Assembly (NCBI GenBank): GCA_965222305.1
Contig: OZ244943.1
Location: forward strand, 3,974,258 to 4,038,257
Length of the DNA stretch: 64,000 nucleotides
Source: Reichenbachiella sp.
GTDB lineage: Bacteria; Bacteroidota; Bacteroidia; Cytophagales; Cyclobacteriaceae
Direction of reading: 5' to 3'
A program made the position numbers and the translations under genes. Shown here piece by piece: positions 58,966-64,000 of this stretch (position 1 is the stretch's first letter; each line of letters begins with the position of its first letter). Below the pieces are notes generated by a model. The model saw nothing but the letters and a program-made list of their open reading frames with translations, searched no databases and was not told the DNA's origin.

Positions 58966-60108
58966 TTAGCGGAATCGCTTGAAAATAATTTTCAAAAACT
59001 CTTTCACTTCATCAGAGCTCATATCCCAGCTATACTTTTTTGAGAAAGTCTGCATCAGATACTCTACCGCATCATCAAAAGTGCTCTGCATTTCGATATT
59101 CTCCAGCGCAGTGTTGTAGTCTGGTTCGCTGCCCTCAAACAGATCACTAAGAAACATGTATCGTTGATTGATGCTGATAGTCGCTGCGATCTGCTCTGAT
59201 CCGGCATTTTCATGCTTGGTAGCGATGGTCTCTTTTACCTCCTTTTGCTCAAATTTTTGATTCAGCGTTTTGATGTCTTCTTCGGCAAACTGATCATGAA
59301 CAAGCGAAGCATCCGCTTTCTTTTTAGCACTTAGTGGCTTAAACTCTCCCTTGATTTCCTCTTCAATGGGTGCATCATGACCATTAATATTTTCCGGCGA
59401 CTCTTCAGGAGTTTTTTCTTCTACAGGGCTGGCGGGTGGTTCGACCACTTCTTCTACTTTCTTCTGGGGAGCATCATCGCTAAAGTCAATTTTCAAGACC
59501 GAGTCAAACAAAGCGATCACTTCAGATTGTTGTTGTGCATCGATCTCGTATCCTTCCAGCACAGGGCTCATGATGGCCTTCTGCTCCTGGTCGGTATTGT
59601 GCTCTATGGCTAGGGCCAATTGATCAAAGAGGTCTTTGTATATTTTGATGTACTTGCCCATCCCCCTAAAATCTTTCCTTTTGGTCTTAGAGACATTGCC
59701 GAAATAAAAGCCTTCCGGGTCATAAAGCAGCGTGAGTGCATCTCGACTAGCCTCCTCAAGCAAGGGCTTGAAATCATCCTTTTCGATCAGGATGTTTTTG
59801 GAAAGCGTATTGACCAGGTTTTTGAGTGCGGTGTTTACCTCCTGATTTTTGTAGTTGAAAAGCGGGCTCTTAAATTTCTTCGTTTCTTCCTGCCATTGCT
59901 CAAACAGCACTTTCAATACGAAAAAGTTGACCTGTTTTACTGGAGTGACGGAAATGATCTGCTGCCCGTTGATTCCCTGATTTTTGCTAAAAAAATCGTC
60001 GAGGATAATGCTGGCAAAGGATTGACAATATGTGTTGAGGGCCTCTTGGTTTAATTTGCTACCGTGCATAATATTGGCTTCTTTTGTAAAGGTATAGAAT
60101 ATGCTCAT
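58966..60108 (-). CDS. Hypothetical protein (helical N-domain, acidic linker, conserved-looking C-domain)
   Basis: 380-aa ORF ending ISINQRYMFLSDLF...YSWD...EFLKIIFKRFR. The start may instead be ATG 60069. Confidence 0.78.
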   Translation of the reverse strand: MSIFYTFTKEANIMHGSKLNQEALNTYCQSFASIILDDFFSKNQGINGQQIISVTPVKQVNFFVLKVLFEQWQEETKKFKSPLFNYKNQEVNTALKNLVNTLSKNILIEKDDFKPLLEEASRDALTLLYDPEGFYFGNVSKTKRKDFRGMGKYIKIYKDLFDQLALAIEHNTDQEQKAIMSPVLEGYEIDAQQQSEVIALFDSVLKIDFSDDAPQKKVEEVVEPPASPVEEKTPEESPENINGHDAPIEEEIKGEFKPLSAKKKADASLVHDQFAEEDIKTLNQKFEQKEVKETIATKHENAGSEQIAATISINQRYMFLSDLFEGSEPDYNTALENIEMQSTFDDAVEYLMQTFSKKYSWDMSSDEVKEFLKIIFKRFR

Positions 60109-60256
60109 TTCTGATGCATATATCTAAAAACTCATGGTCTCCTTCTCGCAAAAACGATTATTTTTCTGATTTGAGTATGGCTCATAATAAAAATTCAAGG
60201 GCTTTTTGTGATTTCATGGGTATGATTAACTTCATCAGAATTTTGCTGTAAGGCGA

Positions 60257-60856
60257 ATGTTTATAGAACCACATATATCACAGGAGGGCAAGGGCCCTGC
60301 AGGCAAATCAGGTTGGATAGAAGTGATCTGTGGTTCGATGTTTTCCGGTAAGACTGAGGAGCTGATCCGCAGACTCAATCGTGCCTTAATAGCCGGCTAT
60401 AAAGTAGAAATTTTTAAGCCATCGGTCGATAAAAGGTACAGCGACTCTGATGTGGTATCACACAATCAAAACTCGATCCGGTCTACGCCCGTACAGTTTG
60501 CCAACGATATCTTGTTGCTATCTGGTGATCCTGATGTGGTAGGTATAGACGAGGCCCAGTTTTTTGATCTGGAACTGGTCAATGTAGTTCGTAAGATAGC
60601 CAACAAGGGTAAGAGGGTAATTGTAGCAGGACTGGATATGGACTTTAAAGGTGAGCCCTTTGAACCCATCCCATCGATAGCAGCGGTCTCTGAATATGTG
60701 ACCAAGGTGCGTGCTATTTGCATGAAATGTGGAGATGTAGCTACCTTTTCGTACAGAAAAACCTCATCTGACGAAAAGGTGATGTTGGGCGAAAAAGAAA
60801 GCTATGAGTCACGGTGTAGAAAATGTTTTTACGAAGATTTGAATAAAGAAAAATGA
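60257..60856 (+). CDS. tdk: Thymidine kinase
   Basis: GWIEVICGSMFSGKTEELIRR, GIDEAQF, VAGLDMDF, Zn Cys pairs and YESRCRKC. Confidence 0.97.
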   Translation: MFIEPHISQEGKGPAGKSGWIEVICGSMFSGKTEELIRRLNRALIAGYKVEIFKPSVDKRYSDSDVVSHNQNSIRSTPVQFANDILLLSGDPDVVGIDEAQFFDLELVNVVRKIANKGKRVIVAGLDMDFKGEPFEPIPSIAAVSEYVTKVRAICMKCGDVATFSYRKTSSDEKVMLGEKESYESRCRKCFYEDLNKEK

Positions 60857-63066
60857 GGATTGGGCTGATCACATTATTAGTGGGCTTTACATTTCTGGCA
60901 TTGGCCCAGGAGCTAATCCCCGTGGGCACATGGAGGACGCACTATAGCTATGAGAGTACTCAAAACGTGGAACAGGTAGGTGAAAGAATCTTTGCCAGTA
61001 CGCCCGTTTCGTTGATATTCTACGATCCATCAGACAACAGCCTCAATCCATTCTCCAAAGTAGATGGGCTTAGCGATGTAGGCATCAGTACGATCTCTTA
61101 CTATGCCAACCAGAACGAGTTGGCAGTGGGCTATGATAATGGCAATCTTGACCTGATCACAGACGAGGAGATTATTAATATGCCCGTATTAAAAAATAGG
61201 GATCTGATCTACTCCAAGCGTATCCTGGATGTCTCTTTTTATCAGGAAACCCTCAATCTCAGCACGGAATTTGGCGTGCTGGTGATCAACCGGCAAAACG
61301 GATCGGTGGTGGAAAGCTACGAGACCCTCGGTCCCAATGGAGAAGTGACACAGATTAACAATTCGGTATTTGTTGGGGATTTAATGTTTTTGGCAAGCGC
61401 CTCAGGGGTGCTGACCGGCGACCGATCTTCGGATGACAATTTGCAGGATTTTAACAATTGGGAGCGATACGAAGGGTCTCCGGTTTTTGGTGAATTCATA
61501 AACTCGGTGGTGAATTTCAACGAAACAGTCTATGCGGCCGGCAGTTCAGAAGTGTATTATCTGTCAGGAGATCAATGGCTTGCATACAATTCCTTTCTGC
61601 AAGCAGGTGAAGAGATCACCAAAATTACGGGTGGATCGACCAAGATCATGGTACTCACCGATCAGGATCACATGTATACTCTAGATGGTGCAGGAGGAAG
61701 TGAAAGAGTTGATCTTGAGGATGGGGATCGTGCCAATGATATGATACAAACGGGAGATACATATTGGTATGCAGATCAGGGCAAGGGTTTATCACAGTGG
61801 ATGCAAGGCAGTGTATTTCGCTATGTACTGAATGGGCCATTTTTCAACATTGACCGCCTGGGTGTTGCAGGTGAGAAAATTCATGCCTTTCCTGAATTGG
61901 ATGATGACATTTTCGATCCGGTAAGCAATGGTCTGGGTTACAACGTATTTGAAAATGGTACCTGGACAACAGTCGAGCCAGAGGACATTGGAGGCCTTGA
62001 CAATATTTCCGATGTAGTGATAGTAGATGACAAGACCTATATTTCATCATTTGGTGGCGGTGTTTTTGAGGTCTCTCAAAATGTAATTTTCGATCACAAC
62101 AATAGTGAGCTGCCTTTGCACAATTCCCTTACGGGTAATGTGCTGGTGACTGGAATGTATGAAAACCAGGGCGTTTTATGGTTTAGTGCGATGGGTGATG
62201 ATCCATTGGTGAGTTTGGATACGGAAGGTACCTGGAACGGATATGCCGTGGGTTCATTCACTCAGCCAACGGATATACTCGTTCACCCGTTTGGGTACAT
62301 CTGGATGTCCATGGGATTTTCACCAAAACGTGGATTGATCGTGGCGAATCTGGAGTCCGATCGCGTACGGCAAATCACTTCTACCAATAGCAGCTTGCCG
62401 TCGGAAACCGTATACGACATCACTTTTGATATTGATGGTGAAGTGTGGATTGCGACCGCTCAGGGTGTAGCCTATTACCCTTCGTCCTTCGGGGTGATTG
62501 AAGATACATTAGACGTGATCATACCCAGATTTGACAATGGATACCTCTTTGAAAGGGAGCCAGTGAGGGCGATCACTATCGATGGTGGTAACCGAAAGTG
62601 GATGGCCACGGAAAACGGTGCGTGGCTATTTGAGGATGGGGTACAAGATGTGGTTCATCATTTTACTACCGAGAACAGCCCTTTGCCGTCAGACAATGTG
62701 CAGGACATAGTGATCAATCATGAAACAGGCGAAGTGTTCTTTCTTACAGACCTGGGAATCGTGTCCTATCGCGGAGATGCGACTGTCGGGTTGTTTACCC
62801 ATCATAATGTGAAAATCTTCCCGAACCCAGTATTGCCGAATTACCAGGGGCTGGTGGGTTTTGATGGTTTGGCTTATAAGTCACGCCTCAAAATTACCAC
62901 GGTTTCGGGCCGATTGGTTCGGGAGATCAACTCAGCGGGTGCCGGTGCCTCATGGGATCTGTCAGACTATAATGGCCGCAGAGTCAATGGCGGAATATAT
63001 ATGGTCTTTAGCTCTTCGCCGGATGGCACTGATACTTTTGTAGGTAAAATAGCCGTGCTGGACTGA
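60853..63066 (+). CDS. porZ: T9SS-associated PorZ-like beta-propeller protein
   Basis: Signal peptide, IPVGTWRTHYSY, KVDGLSD, DGGNRKWMAT, NSPLPSDNV and T9SS C-terminal domain VKIFPNPV; upstream of recO. Confidence 0.85.
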   Translation: MRIGLITLLVGFTFLALAQELIPVGTWRTHYSYESTQNVEQVGERIFASTPVSLIFYDPSDNSLNPFSKVDGLSDVGISTISYYANQNELAVGYDNGNLDLITDEEIINMPVLKNRDLIYSKRILDVSFYQETLNLSTEFGVLVINRQNGSVVESYETLGPNGEVTQINNSVFVGDLMFLASASGVLTGDRSSDDNLQDFNNWERYEGSPVFGEFINSVVNFNETVYAAGSSEVYYLSGDQWLAYNSFLQAGEEITKITGGSTKIMVLTDQDHMYTLDGAGGSERVDLEDGDRANDMIQTGDTYWYADQGKGLSQWMQGSVFRYVLNGPFFNIDRLGVAGEKIHAFPELDDDIFDPVSNGLGYNVFENGTWTTVEPEDIGGLDNISDVVIVDDKTYISSFGGGVFEVSQNVIFDHNNSELPLHNSLTGNVLVTGMYENQGVLWFSAMGDDPLVSLDTEGTWNGYAVGSFTQPTDILVHPFGYIWMSMGFSPKRGLIVANLESDRVRQITSTNSSLPSETVYDITFDIDGEVWIATAQGVAYYPSSFGVIEDTLDVIIPRFDNGYLFEREPVRAITIDGGNRKWMATENGAWLFEDGVQDVVHHFTTENSPLPSDNVQDIVINHETGEVFFLTDLGIVSYRGDATVGLFTHHNVKIFPNPVLPNYQGLVGFDGLAYKSRLKITTVSGRLVREINSAGAGASWDLSDYNGRRVNGGIYMVFSSSPDGTDTFVGKIAVLD

Positions 63067-63752
63067 TGCTGTCTAAGACCCGTGGCATCGTACTCAACTA
63101 TATAAAATACCGGGAAACCTCTGTCATAGCACGGATCTATACTGAAGAGTTCGGCTATCAGTCTTTTGTGATCAACAGCATCCGTAGCGCCAAGTCTAAG
63201 AAGGGACTAGCCTTGTTGCAACCACTTACCTTACTCGATCTGGTGATCTATTTCAAAAAAGACAAGCACGATTCGATCCATCGTATATCAGAATATAAAT
63301 GCCTGGAGCATTTTCTTTCCATCCCATTCAATATTAAAAAATCGACCATGGCTTTGTTTATCACTGAGCTTTTGGTAAAGGTCCTAAAGGAAGAGGAGCA
63401 TCATGGTGCTGCTTATTCATTCATTCATGACTTTGTGGTTGCGCTGGATCGGCAAGAGAGTCAATTTGAAAATATGCATCTATATCTCTTGATTAGATTG
63501 ACTCACTATCTGGGTTTTGGCTTAGGTGCTGATGCAGAATCTGGTTTTGACCTTCATCATAGTGATGGGGATAGGAAAGAGATAATGGATGCGATTTCCA
63601 TGATAGCGCGCGAACCGGCAGGCCACGATGTTATGATTTCCAACGCAATGCGGAGGGATGTTTTGTTTTACCTCGTTCGGTATTACGCAAGTCATGTCGA
63701 GGGGTTCAATAGCATGAAATCATTGGAAGTTTTGAATCAAATTTTTGAATAG
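63066..63752 (+). CDS. recO: DNA repair protein RecO
   Basis: KTRGIVLNYIKYRETSVIARIYTEEFG, LQPLTLLDL and SLEVLNQIF. Confidence 0.93.
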   Translation: MLSKTRGIVLNYIKYRETSVIARIYTEEFGYQSFVINSIRSAKSKKGLALLQPLTLLDLVIYFKKDKHDSIHRISEYKCLEHFLSIPFNIKKSTMALFITELLVKVLKEEEHHGAAYSFIHDFVVALDRQESQFENMHLYLLIRLTHYLGFGLGADAESGFDLHHSDGDRKEIMDAISMIAREPAGHDVMISNAMRRDVLFYLVRYYASHVEGFNSMKSLEVLNQIFE

Positions 63753-63813
63753 ACGCGGGTCATTTATTGCTGGATACATTAAATTAACTGCCGCATCCTA
63801 AAACCATTTAACG

Positions 63814-64000
63814 ATGAAAAAACTAATCCCAATTGTATCCCTGGCAATGTTATTTGCCTGTGAATCCAAGCAAAAGACTACTGGCAGTGAGCCCGAAAAA
63901 ATAGAAGAGGCTTCCGCCGTGGAGACAGGTTCAGCCTATGTGTTTTTCAAATACCCCGAAGATGGGGCCACCGTAGCCAGCCCTGTATTTGTAGAGATGG
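63814..64000 (+). CDS. Lipoprotein, DUF4399-like (runs off the window edge)
   Basis: Not in the ORF track. MKKLIPIVSLAMLFAC-ESKQ...YVFFKYPEDGATVASPVFVEM has a lipobox and a VFF..P.DGATV.SP motif. Confidence 0.7.
   Translation, partial: MKKLIPIVSLAMLFACESKQKTTGSEPEKIEEASAVETGSAYVFFKYPEDGATVASPVFVEM

Noticed and set aside
1-64000. tRNA, rRNA, riboswitch, IS or prophage features
   Set aside because: Intergenic gaps were read by eye and no cloverleaf, rRNA, cobalamin riboswitch before icmF, transposase or integrase was recognised. tRNAscan-SE and Infernal runs would be needed to exclude them formally.

Overview
Gene-dense chromosomal window from a gliding Bacteroidota bacterium, most likely Cytophagales. 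This is inferred from gldB/gldD/gldE, porZ, Bacteroidota-type TAnnTTTG promoter boxes and Gln(+1) signal peptides. Most of it is core genome: recG (partial), gldD-gldE-ssb-mutY, hup-TPR-bS22-rng, icmF, hemB, ctp, rpoN, a wza-wzc-PHP phosphatase export module, hflX, purN-purH, mreBCD-mrdA-rodA and tdk-porZ-recO. No rRNA, tRNA, CRISPR array or transposase was recognised. Worth a second look: (1) a tightly coupled four-gene unit (12706-21359) of a C2-like protein, an apparently exported TPR-CHAT caspase-like protease, a PD40/OmpA peptidoglycan-binding protein and a large exported unknown; (2) a Cys-rich thioredoxin-like gene plus a His-rich membrane chemoreceptor next to gldB; (3) a voltage-gated channel whose K+ filter reads TVGFLQD; (4) a one-base frameshift in mrdA; (5) small ORFs missed by the ORF track; (6) a REP-like, hairpin-rich intergenic region beside an AT-rich gene. 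All family calls come from motif recognition by eye; no database searches were run.
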